IMG/VR virus record: IMGVR_UViG_3300022697_000186
Coordinates: 1-45,090 of that record
DNA length: 45,090 nt
Direction: 5' to 3' (one strand)
From: a virus
Lineage: Duplodnaviria; Heunggongvirae; Uroviricota; Caudoviricetes
This document shows, in pieces, positions 9,488 to 18,339 of the stretch (position 1 is the stretch's first letter; each line of letters opens with the position of its first letter). Made by a program: the position numbers and the translations under genes. The notes under the pieces are model-generated. The model saw nothing but the letters and a program-made list of their open reading frames with translations, ran no database searches and was not told the origin of the DNA.

Positions 9488-9574
9488 ACCGGGATGGTGT
9501 AATTGGTAGACACACAAGATTTAAGCTCTTGTATCTGAAAGGGTGTGGGGGTTCGACTCCCCCTCCCGGTACCA
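9488..9574 (+). tRNA. trnL: tRNA-Leu(UAA)
   Basis: ACCGGGA/TCCCGGT, CAAGA-TTTAAGC-TCTTG, long variable arm, CCA. Confidence 0.95.
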
Positions 9575-9597
9575 TTTTTAAAAAGAGGAAAAATGGT

Positions 9598-9909
9598 TTG
9601 AAAACAACAAATCAAGTTAATATATCAATAGATATTTCAACAACAAATGAAGGTTCATCTTTAGAGAGATTAGAGGATATAATAAATTATACAAATTGTA
9701 TAGGTCATCCAAATAGAAAAGCTATAAGAAATACTGGATTATGTAAAAAATGCTTAGATTCCCTGAATGAAGATATTTGTGAACACCCAGATTGTAATAA
9801 TTTATTTAAACCTAACGGTAAAAAATATTGTTCAGAAAAATGTAGAAGAGAAATGAAATTAGCTCAAATGAAATCATATAATCATAAAAAAATATTGGAA
9901 GAAGTTTGA
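9598..9909 (+). CDS. Zinc-finger-like hypothetical protein
   Basis: 3' part of ORF 9307..9909; TTG start after RBS AGAGGA; C..PDC...YCSEKC motif. Confidence 0.55.
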   Translation: MKTTNQVNISIDISTTNEGSSLERLEDIINYTNCIGHPNRKAIRNTGLCKKCLDSLNEDICEHPDCNNLFKPNGKKYCSEKCRREMKLAQMKSYNHKKILEEV

Positions 9910-9949
9910 TTTTAGAAAGTAATAATAGAAAGGATATAAAGGAAAACTT

Positions 9950-10228
9950 ATGGAAATTGGAGACAAAATAAAATTAGATGATTGTATTGCTGGAAATTTT
10001 ATATTAGCAGGTCATGATATATTTGAAGTAGTTAGATCTGGTGATGTATATAAAGAATCAATGTCTCCTGATACGGTAATCATGCAAATGTATAAAAGAT
10101 TACCTTCTACTTCTAAAGGTAGATATGAAAAAGGACAATTAGTTGAAGATTACTTTAACTGTAATTTTATATATCTCAAAGATAAAATGACAGCTGATTC
10201 ATTTATATCAAAGATTGAATCTAAATAA
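9950..10228 (+). CDS. Hypothetical protein
   Basis: RBS AAGGA. Confidence 0.6.
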   Translation: MEIGDKIKLDDCIAGNFILAGHDIFEVVRSGDVYKESMSPDTVIMQMYKRLPSTSKGRYEKGQLVEDYFNCNFIYLKDKMTADSFISKIESK

Positions 10229-10417
10229 TGCGTATATCAGTAAGACTACCATTTATAAGTAATTCTACAATATAGAAATTATGACTGTTCTCATTACAAA
10301 AGAAAGTGGTGGAAAATATGGAAATAACTAACTCTGATTTGTTCGTTTTTAGTATAATTATGATTATTATATTATTACAAGCAGTGTGGGTGGGTAAATG
10401 AAATAAGGATAAAAATT

Positions 10418-10996
10418 ATGACTAATTTTGGTGTAAGTATGGGACAGAGATATAGATATTTTAGATTATCTATGATAATTCTTATATCTTCTTGTATATT
10501 TAATTTTTTAGGAGCATTTCTAGGTGGAGGTGAACTAACGGTAGTAGGTTTGATGTTTCTTCCTATAGGTTTAATTTTAAATGAATATTCAACTACTGAT
10601 TTTAGAGAAGGTATATTTGTAGGAATGGGCTCTAGAAATTTTAAAGATAAAAAATGGCAAGTAGAAATAAATAAAACTGAAAGAGATCATATTGTAAAAT
10701 TATTACATATAGTAAAAGAAGTAGAACCATTTAATATTTTATATGATCAAAATTCTCAGGAATTTTTAGGATCTTCACTAAAAACCATTTATGAGAATGA
10801 TAGGAGATCTGGTCACGGATATTATGAATCTCCTAAATATAATATTAATAGTGTTGAAAGAGAAGCAATAAATAATTTATTAGATGTGTGGTTTAAAAAA
10901 GAGTTAAATAAAAGAAAACATGATTTGTTTTCAAAAAATATAACAGTATTTGATAATACAGAAGGAAAAGAAGATGAAACATCCGTTAGAAACTGA
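10418..10996 (+). CDS. Membrane protein, hypothetical
   Basis: Two N-terminal hydrophobic helices. Confidence 0.6.
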   Translation: MTNFGVSMGQRYRYFRLSMIILISSCIFNFLGAFLGGGELTVVGLMFLPIGLILNEYSTTDFREGIFVGMGSRNFKDKKWQVEINKTERDHIVKLLHIVKEVEPFNILYDQNSQEFLGSSLKTIYENDRRSGHGYYESPKYNINSVEREAINNLLDVWFKKELNKRKHDLFSKNITVFDNTEGKEDETSVRN

Positions 10997-11267
10997 AATA
11001 ATAAAATTATCAACAAATATTTCTGCAGAAGAAATGACAAAATCATTTGATAAATTAAAAGAAAATGATGAAGTTTCAAGGTTAGAAGTGATAGATACAT
11101 TTAATGGTGATCACCTATTTACAGGAACCGTAGATTATATCATTCAAAAACTTGAGAAGGTTAGATCTCATTATAAAGAAAAAGGTGTTGATAATATTAT
11201 TATAAATGTTGATTCAGGTTTAAATAGTCTTACAGTAGACATTCTTAATACTAAGGTTAATAATTAA
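10974..11267 (+). CDS. Hypothetical protein
   Basis: ORF track 10950..11267; RBS GAAGGA favours ATG 10974. Confidence 0.55.
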   Translation: MKHPLETEIIKLSTNISAEEMTKSFDKLKENDEVSRLEVIDTFNGDHLFTGTVDYIIQKLEKVRSHYKEKGVDNIIINVDSGLNSLTVDILNTKVNN

Positions 11268-11268
11268 T

Positions 11269-11502
11269 ATGGAAAATACAACATTTAATATAGGATTATT
11301 TATATTTTTAACAGTATTTGTTATAATGGCAAATTTACCTGTTGATAAATCTACATATCAATTGAGAATATCATATAGTGATTGTTTACATTTAGGTGTT
11401 ACCTTAGACAACAAAAGAGATACAGAAAAAAGAATTAAATTATGTGGAGAAACATTTTCTAAATCATTTGAAAAAGTAATATCAAAGAACTTAAATAAAT
11501 GA
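11269..11502 (+). CDS. Small exported/membrane hypothetical protein
   Basis: N-terminal hydrophobic segment. Confidence 0.55.
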   Translation: MENTTFNIGLFIFLTVFVIMANLPVDKSTYQLRISYSDCLHLGVTLDNKRDTEKRIKLCGETFSKSFEKVISKNLNK

Positions 11503-11526
11503 TTCAGGACATATTAAAGTACACAA

Positions 11527-11598
11527 TGCGGGCGGTCAAGGAACCAGCCGAGTTTCATAAACTTGGACAGCCAGGGGCAGTACCTGGGCCACGCTACC
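11527..11598 (+). tRNA. Non-canonical tRNA-Met(CAU), initiator-like
   Basis: CCGAGT-TTCATAA-ACTTGG anticodon arm, 3-bp D stem GGT/ACC, T arm CCAGG-GGCAGTA-CCTGG, U1:U72 mismatch, bulged acceptor, ends ACC. Confidence 0.65.
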
Positions 11599-11630
11599 TT
11601 ATTAATTAATGTATTTTAAATAGGATAGAA

Positions 11631-11897
11631 ATGAACAGAAAAGAGATAAATGAACATGAAATTGATGAAGCTATAGTTAAACTAAAAGAAAAATTAAAAT
11701 GTGTATTAAAAGAAAAAGGTAAGGGTACTTTTACTTCAAGACATGAAATATTAGGTATTATTACAGAAGAATATTATGAATTAATAGATGCTGTTAGAAG
11801 TGAATCTAACTATAATGTATCTAATGAATTATTAGATATAGCAGTAGGTGCCATATTTGGTATGGTGTGTATAGATAGTAATAATACAGATTGGTAG
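11631..11897 (+). CDS. MazG-like nucleotide pyrophosphohydrolase
   Basis: EEYYELIDAV....ELLDIA acidic helical pattern. Confidence 0.6.
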   Translation: MNRKEINEHEIDEAIVKLKEKLKCVLKEKGKGTFTSRHEILGIITEEYYELIDAVRSESNYNVSNELLDIAVGAIFGMVCIDSNNTDW

Positions 11898-11904
11898 GTT
11901 AAAA

Positions 11905-12834
11905 ATGATTGGTGTTATAGGTCAAGGTTTTGTAGGTACTGCATTGACTAAAGGTTATACTTCATTTGGTGTTGAAAATATAAAAACGTATGACATTAAT
12001 GGTACAGGTAATTGTAAAACACTAGAAGAATTAGTAAATCAAGTAAAATATATTTTTATTTGTGTACCTACACCAATGATTAATGAAAAACCAGACTTTA
12101 GTATTGTTAATAATGTTTGTACAGATATTGATAATATTCGTAACGATTCAATTATAATAATAAAATCAACAGTATTACCTAGATTGTTAACTAAATTACA
12201 AAAATCTTTAAATTCAACATTAATAATGAACCCAGAATGGTTAACACAAAGAACAGCAAACTCAGACTTTATTAAACCTACAAGAATGGTTTGGGGATGT
12301 GATAATTCTGTAATATTAAAAGAAGCTATTGAAGAATTAAGTTTAAATTATTTTGATTGTCCTCATTATAATATGACACTTATAGGTGCAGCAAAAGCGA
12401 AATATGCTATTAATAACTTTGGTTCATTTAAAATAACTTACTTTAATTTATTAAAGGAATGGTGTGGAGATGATTTTAAACAGGTACGTGATACTATGTT
12501 AACAAGTAGTTGGGTAAATGAACAGCATACTAAAGTTCCAGGACCAGATGGTAAATTTGGTTTTGGCGGAGCATGTTTTCCTAAAGATTTAAATGCAATG
12601 ATGTTAGATTTCGAAGATAATAATATAGAAGGACATGAAATTCTTAGAAAAGTTTTTGAATCTAATAAGGTATTTAGACAAAAAAATATTAAATCTATAA
12701 CTGACATAGCTAAAGATATATTATTCAAAATAGATATATCTGAAGCAGCACTTGGCGAAGGCAATAATCCAAAAGAATCTATTGTTAATACTGAAGATTT
12801 AAGAAAGTTGGTTAAATATGTACTCAATAAATAA
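11905..12834 (+). CDS. UDP-glucose/GDP-mannose dehydrogenase family protein (lacks C-terminal domain)
   Basis: GVIGQGFVG, ICVPTP, IKSTV, NPEWL, GFGGACFPKD motifs. Confidence 0.85.
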   Translation: MIGVIGQGFVGTALTKGYTSFGVENIKTYDINGTGNCKTLEELVNQVKYIFICVPTPMINEKPDFSIVNNVCTDIDNIRNDSIIIIKSTVLPRLLTKLQKSLNSTLIMNPEWLTQRTANSDFIKPTRMVWGCDNSVILKEAIEELSLNYFDCPHYNMTLIGAAKAKYAINNFGSFKITYFNLLKEWCGDDFKQVRDTMLTSSWVNEQHTKVPGPDGKFGFGGACFPKDLNAMMLDFEDNNIEGHEILRKVFESNKVFRQKNIKSITDIAKDILFKIDISEAALGEGNNPKESIVNTEDLRKLVKYVLNK

Positions 12835-13177
12835 AATAGATTTATGGGATGAACTTAAAATTATTAGTGATTCTATCCCAGAGAAAGAATGGATTAAAAT
12901 ACCTAATGATTTATCTCAAAATCTAAAACATTATTTGTATGGTTGTGAAAAAGAACTTGAGCAAAATGATTTAGGACAAATTTTAAATATTAATTTAAAC
13001 GTCAAGGAGAATGTGATGGGAAAAAAAGTAACTTCAGCTACAAGTGGAGCTGTAACCATGGCTACTTCAGGTACTATCACGCATCCAACATCTGGTACAT
13101 ATACAATGTCAAATAATAGTAATCCTGGAATATTTCAAAGAGTATGGAATTGGTTTAGAGGCTTGTTTAAAAAATAA
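12818..13177 (+). CDS. Hypothetical protein with probable internal in-frame start at 13016
   Basis: ORF track; internal motif + RBS AAGGAG + ATG at 13016. Confidence 0.5.
   Translation: MYSINKIDLWDELKIISDSIPEKEWIKIPNDLSQNLKHYLYGCEKELEQNDLGQILNINLNVKENVMGKKVTSATSGAVTMATSGTITHPTSGTYTMSNNSNPGIFQRVWNWFRGLFKK
12973..12990 (+). promoter_or_regulatory. GGACAAA promoter-like motif (intragenic)
   Basis: AGGACAAATTTTAAATAT, 25 nt upstream of ATG 13016. Confidence 0.55.
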
Positions 13178-13198
13178 TATTTAATTATAAAATGTTTT

Positions 13199-13227
13199 AA
13201 GGCAAGTTGTATGACTTGCCTTTTTTT
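13199..13227 (+). terminator. Rho-independent terminator
   Basis: AAGGCAAGT-TGTATG-ACTTGCCTT followed by T tract. Confidence 0.85.
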
Positions 13228-13238
13228 ACGTCTATATT

Positions 13239-13314
13239 GGGTCTTTAGTGTTAATGGCTAGCACGACTATCTCCAAAATAGTAAGAGAGGGCTCGAAACC
13301 TTCAAGATCCGCCA
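13239..13314 (+). tRNA. trnW: tRNA-Trp(CCA)
   Basis: GGGTCTT/AAGATCC, ACTAT-CTCCAAA-ATAGT, G73, CCA; T loop CTCGAAA. Confidence 0.9.
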
Positions 13315-13329
13315 CAAATTAAGGAAGAA

Positions 13330-13512
13330 ATGAAAAAAATAAATTATTATCGTATAGTATTAGAATGGGAAATGCTATTAGAAAATATGGGTTTTGAACC
13401 TAGAAGAGAAAGATTTATTGAAGATGAACCAGGTAGTTATATAGTAGAACATGATGATGTTTATGGAGAGTATTTAACAAATCTAACTGTAATGGATGAG
13501 AATTATTACTAA
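13330..13512 (+). CDS. Hypothetical protein
   Basis: RBS AAGGA. Confidence 0.55.
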   Translation: MKKINYYRIVLEWEMLLENMGFEPRRERFIEDEPGSYIVEHDDVYGEYLTNLTVMDENYY

Positions 13513-13712
13513 TGGCAATACTTAAATTTGATGATGAAGAACAGAAGAAAGTAGCAGAGTTTTGGAAAAAGGATTGCAAACTTAAAAATAATTCTGGTGC
13601 TATAGGTGGAAGAATGACATATACAATAAAACCAACTAGTTTAGGTAATATTATTAAAGTTGTATGTGATTGTGGAGAAGAATTGGATTTAACAGATTAC
13701 GATGATTGGTGA
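13512..13712 (+). CDS. Hypothetical phage protein
   Basis: GAIGG..TY...PT..G...V.C.CG..DLTDYDDW motif; TAATG coupling. Confidence 0.65.
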   Translation: MAILKFDDEEQKKVAEFWKKDCKLKNNSGAIGGRMTYTIKPTSLGNIIKVVCDCGEELDLTDYDDW

Positions 13713-13715
13713 TAT

Positions 13716-13904
13716 ATGAAATGGAATATGATTATTATAAAATCTTTTACTTGGAGATTAATAGCTACATTGACAACGGTTATAATAGCTTTTATTGTCA
13801 CAGGTGAAATTATTTTTGCACTTGAAATTGGGGCTGCAGAGTTTTTTATAAAAATAATTATATTTTATGTACACGAAATAATCTGGGAAAAATTTAAAAT
13901 TTAA
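13716..13904 (+). CDS. DUF2061-like small membrane protein
   Basis: KSFTWRLIATLTT....YVHE.IW pattern. Confidence 0.75.
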   Translation: MKWNMIIIKSFTWRLIATLTTVIIAFIVTGEIIFALEIGAAEFFIKIIIFYVHEIIWEKFKI

Positions 13905-13920
13905 AATAAAGGTGTAATAA

Positions 13921-14103
13921 ATGTCAAATAATAAAAGAAATGAAATAATTGATAATAAATTAGTAGAGTGTTTTGATTTATTAAATGATAAGGTAGAATC
14001 AAGTGAAGTATTAATTAGAGATAAATTTTCAAAATTTATAGATGATTTTAGATCATTTAGAGAAGTTACTGAAAAAGAGTATGCAGAAGAAATTGTAGAT
14101 TAA
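13921..14103 (+). CDS. Hypothetical protein
   Basis: RBS AAGGTG. Confidence 0.5.
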   Translation: MSNNKRNEIIDNKLVECFDLLNDKVESSEVLIRDKFSKFIDDFRSFREVTEKEYAEEIVD

Positions 14104-14141
14104 AATAGAGTAGAAGTTGGAGAAAGAAATATTACATAGAC

Positions 14142-14216
14142 GCCCCGGAAACATAAATGATGATGTGCCTGGCCTGTACCCAGGAAAAGCGGGTTTGATT
14201 CCTGCTCGGGGCTCCA
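14142..14216 (+). tRNA. trnT: tRNA-Thr(UGU)
   Basis: GCCCCGG/TCGGGGC, CCTGG-CCTGTAC-CCAGG, CCA. Confidence 0.9.
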
Positions 14217-14233
14217 AAAAATAAAGAGACACT

Positions 14234-14587
14234 ATGAAAATATATATAAATAAAGATATCTCATTTTATATAATAGATATGTTTAGATTAGAACATTGTG
14301 ATGTTATTGATGCATATCATGTTATATGTAATATTGAGGAATATAATAAATTAGATTGGATGTTATATTTCAAAAGTGATAATCCTAATTCACATCAATT
14401 TCTTATGAAAAAAATTATATACATAAAAAATTATATAGAAGATAATCTTTCTCATTTATTGGATACTCGTAAATTATGTTATGAAAATAGAATATTTGGA
14501 TTAAGAGTTGGTTATATGATAAAAAAAGAAGTATGTGATAATTTAGAAATAAAAGAAACAGATATGAAGCTATCTGTATTTAATTAA
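14234..14587 (+). CDS. Hypothetical protein
   Basis: ORF, co-oriented. Confidence 0.55.
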   Translation: MKIYINKDISFYIIDMFRLEHCDVIDAYHVICNIEEYNKLDWMLYFKSDNPNSHQFLMKKIIYIKNYIEDNLSHLLDTRKLCYENRIFGLRVGYMIKKEVCDNLEIKETDMKLSVFN

Positions 14588-14596
14588 GAGGTCAAC

Positions 14597-15694
14597 ATGT
14601 TAAAAGAATTATTTAAAAAATTACACGCATTTGAAGAATTGTTTTTAGTTGGAGGTTCTGTTCGAGACTTGTTGATAGGAAGACCTGTACATGATTATGA
14701 TTTCTGTACTCCATATACACCTAATATAATCAAAGAAAAATTAAAAGAATGTGGTATCACTAAGACTTTTGATATAGGCGAGAAGTTTGGAACAATAGGA
14801 TGCAAAGTTGTCATTAAGGTTTTAGGTAATGTACCTCCTAAAGATACAGTAGAACTTATCGAGAAAGAAGTAGATGTTGAAATAACTACTTTTAGAGGTG
14901 AACAGTACAATTTTGTTAATAGAAAACCAGATGTAAGTTACATAGACAACATTGAAGAAGACGTTAAAAGGAGAGATTTTACTATCAATTCTTTATACAT
15001 GTCTAGAAAAGAAGCTGAAACATCTAAAGGTAATTGTGCTATATTTACAGATAAACATAGAAGTACAGGTAATACAGATTTAATAAATGAAGTAATTAGA
15101 ACAGTAGGTAATGCAGGTAAGAGATTTAAAGAAGATCCTTTACGAATACTTAGAGCAATTAGATTTGCATCACAACTAGATTTTACAATAGAAGAAAAAA
15201 CTATGGCAATGATTAAAAGAATGCGAGTTGAACTCTTAAAAGTATCAAGAGAACGGTGGACTCAGGAACTAGATAAACTATTATCTTGTGAAAAAATTAA
15301 CTTTGATGTTTTGAATGATTCATGTGTGCTGGATATCTTAATTCCAGAATTATCTTATCAAATCAATTTTGACCAAAATAGTAAATATCATAATACTGAT
15401 TTATGGACTCATACTACAAATGTTGTAAACGCAGTTCCTCATACTAATTTAACACTTAGATGGGCTGCATTGTTACATGATATTGGTAAACCTTTTGTTA
15501 AAACTGAAAATAAAAGTGGATTTTATAATTATATTGGACATGAAATAATGTCTTCTCATTTGGTTAAACAAATTAGTAAAAGATTAAATTGGTCAACATC
15601 CCGTACTAATGATGTTATGGGTATTGTTTCAACTCATTTAGAAAAATATAATATTCTAAAAGAATATGACGATAAATGTAAATTAGTAGTTTAA
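14597..15694 (+). CDS. cca: CCA-adding tRNA nucleotidyltransferase / poly(A) polymerase family with HD domain
   Basis: VGGSVRD, DYDF, RRDFTIN, EDPLRILRAIRF, LLHDIGK motifs. Confidence 0.9.
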   Translation: MLKELFKKLHAFEELFLVGGSVRDLLIGRPVHDYDFCTPYTPNIIKEKLKECGITKTFDIGEKFGTIGCKVVIKVLGNVPPKDTVELIEKEVDVEITTFRGEQYNFVNRKPDVSYIDNIEEDVKRRDFTINSLYMSRKEAETSKGNCAIFTDKHRSTGNTDLINEVIRTVGNAGKRFKEDPLRILRAIRFASQLDFTIEEKTMAMIKRMRVELLKVSRERWTQELDKLLSCEKINFDVLNDSCVLDILIPELSYQINFDQNSKYHNTDLWTHTTNVVNAVPHTNLTLRWAALLHDIGKPFVKTENKSGFYNYIGHEIMSSHLVKQISKRLNWSTSRTNDVMGIVSTHLEKYNILKEYDDKCKLVV

Positions 15695-15706
15695 TTTAGG
15701 AGAATT

Positions 15707-15934
15707 ATGAGATTACAATACCTTAGAACTATAAGAAATATTAGAACTAATAAGGCTAATCATATTTGTTTATTAAAGAAACCTCTATGGTTAACTATAG
15801 ATTTTAAAGATAAAAATTTAGTTTTCTATAGAGTGATGGATGATTTAAATGTTTTTATAAAAAATATGAGTATAATACTAGCGGATCGAAGTAGAACAAT
15901 GGATAGATTAAAAATACCATTAATGAATTTTTAA
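15707..15934 (+). CDS. Hypothetical protein
   Basis: RBS AGGAG. Confidence 0.55.
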   Translation: MRLQYLRTIRNIRTNKANHICLLKKPLWLTIDFKDKNLVFYRVMDDLNVFIKNMSIILADRSRTMDRLKIPLMNF

Positions 15935-15953
15935 AGGAGATAAAGGAATATAT

Positions 15954-16169
15954 ATGGGTATAAAATTAACAGGTATTGAGGGTGTTGCAAAACAAAAATA
16001 TGGAGCAAGTTCAGAACTTGATTATATTAAGTTAAAAAGTTTTGCATTAGATAATATATCAAAGAGAATTGTTAATACTGTAGTTGGTTTAAAAGAAAAA
16101 GAAGTACCACATAATGATATTGTAGAAAAAGTTAGAGAACTTTTAGAAGACAGTAATTCGAATAATTAA
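15954..16169 (+). CDS. Hypothetical protein
   Basis: RBS AAGGA. Confidence 0.55.
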   Translation: MGIKLTGIEGVAKQKYGASSELDYIKLKSFALDNISKRIVNTVVGLKEKEVPHNDIVEKVRELLEDSNSNN

Positions 16170-16174
16170 GATTT

Positions 16175-16253
16175 AGAGGCTATAATAATTCTTCCTTCTA
16201 TCACAGGCTTCATGCCTGTACATATTTTCTAAATAGAATTGTTAATTTCCTCT
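16175..16253 (+). ncRNA. Y-RNA-like structured element, copy 1
   Basis: AGAGG-CTATA-ATAATTCT-TCCTTCTA-[hairpin ACAGGC/GCCTGT]-AGAATTGT-TAATTT-CCTCT. Confidence 0.7.
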
Positions 16254-16266
16254 TTTAAAAATATAA

Positions 16267-16343
16267 TCCGATAGGTCCCTTCTGGCAGGGGAACTGGACT
16301 GTTAATCCAGTAGTTCTTGGTTCGAGTCCAAGTATCGGAGCCA
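16267..16343 (+). tRNA. trnN: tRNA-Asn(GUU)
   Basis: TCCGATA/TATCGGA, CTGGA-CTGTTAA-TCCAG, G73, CCA. Confidence 0.95.
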
Positions 16344-16371
16344 AAAAACTAATATAGAGGTATTTAAAATA

Positions 16372-16767
16372 ATGAATAAACAAGGATTTACAGTTACTGA
16401 ATTGATTGTTGCAGTTGCAATAATTTGTTCAGTTGTATTAGCATTTGGGTCTGCAATTAATGAATATAATAAGCAACCAAATATAAAGTCTAAAACTTTA
16501 ATAAAAGAAGTAAATGAAGATCAAAAACATCGACCAGGTTTTGTATATTTCATTTCTGTACAAACAGGAAAAGTCTTACTAAAAAGTGATTATAATGAAA
16601 ATGAAATAACAGTAAAAGGTAATATTGTACCAATATTAACATGGGTAGACAAATTAGGTAATGTACATTCACATCTAGTATGTGATTGTGAATCAGTACA
16701 TATTACAAATAAAAAACTAATTTTAAAAATGGATCAAGTATTAATAGATACAACGAAAGAATATTAA
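16372..16767 (+). CDS. Type IV prepilin-leader protein
   Basis: MNKQG|FTVTELIVAVAII: G/F cleavage site, Glu at +5, hydrophobic helix. Confidence 0.75.
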   Translation: MNKQGFTVTELIVAVAIICSVVLAFGSAINEYNKQPNIKSKTLIKEVNEDQKHRPGFVYFISVQTGKVLLKSDYNENEITVKGNIVPILTWVDKLGNVHSHLVCDCESVHITNKKLILKMDQVLIDTTKEY

Positions 16768-16775
16768 TATAAAAT

Positions 16776-16861
16776 GGGTACGGTGAGAGGACGGTTCGCT
16801 CTCAGGAGTCTGTAAAACTCCCGCCTAGGCTTTATTGGTTCGAATCCAATGGTACCCACCA
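16776..16861 (+). tRNA. trnY: tRNA-Tyr(GUA)
   Basis: GGGTACG/GGTACCC, GGAGT-CTGTAAA-ACTCC, variable arm, CCA. Confidence 0.9.
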
Positions 16862-16880
16862 TAAATATATTGGAGTTATA

Positions 16881-17144
16881 ATGAAAAATTATACTAGTAA
16901 ATTTATAAGAGAAAGTTATAATAAAGCAGTTTTAGATTTTCTAAATGATCCTTATAGTTATATTGATTATAAAAAAGGAAATGAAAATTTAGTAGCAAGG
17001 GAAGCAGAAAAACTAGTTAGAATTGGTAAAGATTTAGATTTAGATTTTTATATGATATGTAAACAGGTAAGTAAATTAGAAAAAGTAAGAATGAATAATA
17101 TACTTAAAATGTATTATAGTAATTTGAAAAGTATAGATGTATGA
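16881..17144 (+). CDS. Hypothetical protein
   Basis: RBS GGAG. Confidence 0.55.
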   Translation: MKNYTSKFIRESYNKAVLDFLNDPYSYIDYKKGNENLVAREAEKLVRIGKDLDLDFYMICKQVSKLEKVRMNNILKMYYSNLKSIDV

Positions 17145-17458
17145 GATTAATATTTTATAATGAATATAAAATATCAATGAATGGTAAATATACTATTTAT
17201 AGTAGATATGATGATACTGTTTATCTTACAGGTGATAATCGTAAACCTAAAAAATTACCAATTAAACAATGGTTTATTATTCCAGCATATTTTAATAAAA
17301 AGCATTTCTCATATAAAACATTAATATCAGGTCCATTTGATAGTAAATTTGAAGCAAATCAATTTATAGAAAATCTTACGTTTAAGATGTTTAAAATCGG
17401 AGTAAATAATGAGATTCAGACAAAAGATTTTAAAAGGTTGGACCAAATCTCAATATAA
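17141..17458 (+). CDS. Hypothetical protein
   Basis: ATGA overlap coupling. Confidence 0.5.
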   Translation: MRLIFYNEYKISMNGKYTIYSRYDDTVYLTGDNRKPKKLPIKQWFIIPAYFNKKHFSYKTLISGPFDSKFEANQFIENLTFKMFKIGVNNEIQTKDFKRLDQISI

Positions 17459-17678
17459 TAGAGTAGAAAATAATAGATGTAGAGAATATATTTATAGAAT
17501 ATATACATTTAATTGTACAAATTCTAGACAACAAAAATCAGATGGTACATTAGAATTTTATAATCATTGTTGTGCTTGTAATGATGAATTTAATCATAAT
17601 GAACTTAATGGTCTATGTTTTATGTTATCTAACAATATAATATTAAATAATGATTTTTTAAGAAAGATATTTTTATGA
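17409..17678 (+). CDS. Hypothetical protein
   Basis: RBS GGAG. Confidence 0.5.
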   Translation: MRFRQKILKGWTKSQYNRVENNRCREYIYRIYTFNCTNSRQQKSDGTLEFYNHCCACNDEFNHNELNGLCFMLSNNIILNNDFLRKIFL

Positions 17679-17681
17679 CGT

Positions 17682-17757
17682 GGAGATTTTGGTGTAATGA
17701 TGGCATTAGGGATTGTGGCTCCCTCGGAGTAGGGTTTGATTCCCTCAAATCTCCCCA
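17682..17757 (+). tRNA. trnH: tRNA-His(GUG)
   Basis: G-1:C73 pair, AGGGA-TTGTGGC-TCCCT, CCA. Confidence 0.9.
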
Positions 17758-17771
17758 ATAAAAAATTAAAT

Positions 17772-17845
17772 CTGGAAGTGGTGTACTGCTCGCATACAAG
17801 TTTTGGGAACTTGCAGAGGAGGTTGGATTCCTCCCTTCCAGACCA
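17772..17845 (+). tRNA. trnP: tRNA-Pro(UGG)
   Basis: CTGGAAG/CTTCCAG, CAAGT-TTTGGGA-ACTTG, A73, CCA. Confidence 0.9.
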
Positions 17846-17864
17846 AAAACATAGGAATAAATAT

Positions 17865-18149
17865 ATGAAATTATATTATGAAAAGAAAACAATATTTGAT
17901 TATCTATTAAATGCTTTAATAGAAGCTAAAGTACCACAAAATGCATTTCAAATTGAGAAAAGATTAATAAAATTAGGTTGGACTCCGCCTGTATATAAAG
18001 AACAAAGATTTATTAAATTACAAAAATATTTTAAGGGAATATTTGAAAAAAAATTTATTAATTTAATTTTAATTAAATCTACTTTAAAATATGATTATGT
18101 ATTATCATTTGAATTTAAAAATAATATATTAAATCTTTCAATTTTTTAA
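17865..18149 (+). CDS. Hypothetical protein
   Basis: 3' part of ORF 17736..18149; ATG 17865 after AGGA, downstream of tRNA-Pro. Confidence 0.55.
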   Translation: MKLYYEKKTIFDYLLNALIEAKVPQNAFQIEKRLIKLGWTPPVYKEQRFIKLQKYFKGIFEKKFINLILIKSTLKYDYVLSFEFKNNILNLSIF

Positions 18150-18339
18150 GAATATATGAACAAAGACTGTAAACATAATAATTTATCTACTAAATATAAA
18201 GATACAAAACAATTTTTATTTTGTAATGATTGTAATAAAATATTATCTTATACAGTAAATAATAATAATTTTAACCCAATAAAAAAGAAGAAATTTTGTA
18301 GCAAATGAAAAATTTACCAAGAGAACAGGAAATAAAATT

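Noticed and set aside
9307-9909. 200-aa ORF from the ORF track
   Set aside because: Runs through a perfect tRNA-Leu(UAA) at 9488-9574; a separate RBS and TTG at 9598 explain the 3' part, so the fusion is probably accidental
17629-18149. ORFs 17629..17892 (-) and 5' part of 17736..18149 (+)
   Set aside because: Overlap tRNA-His and tRNA-Pro; the real start is likely ATG 17865
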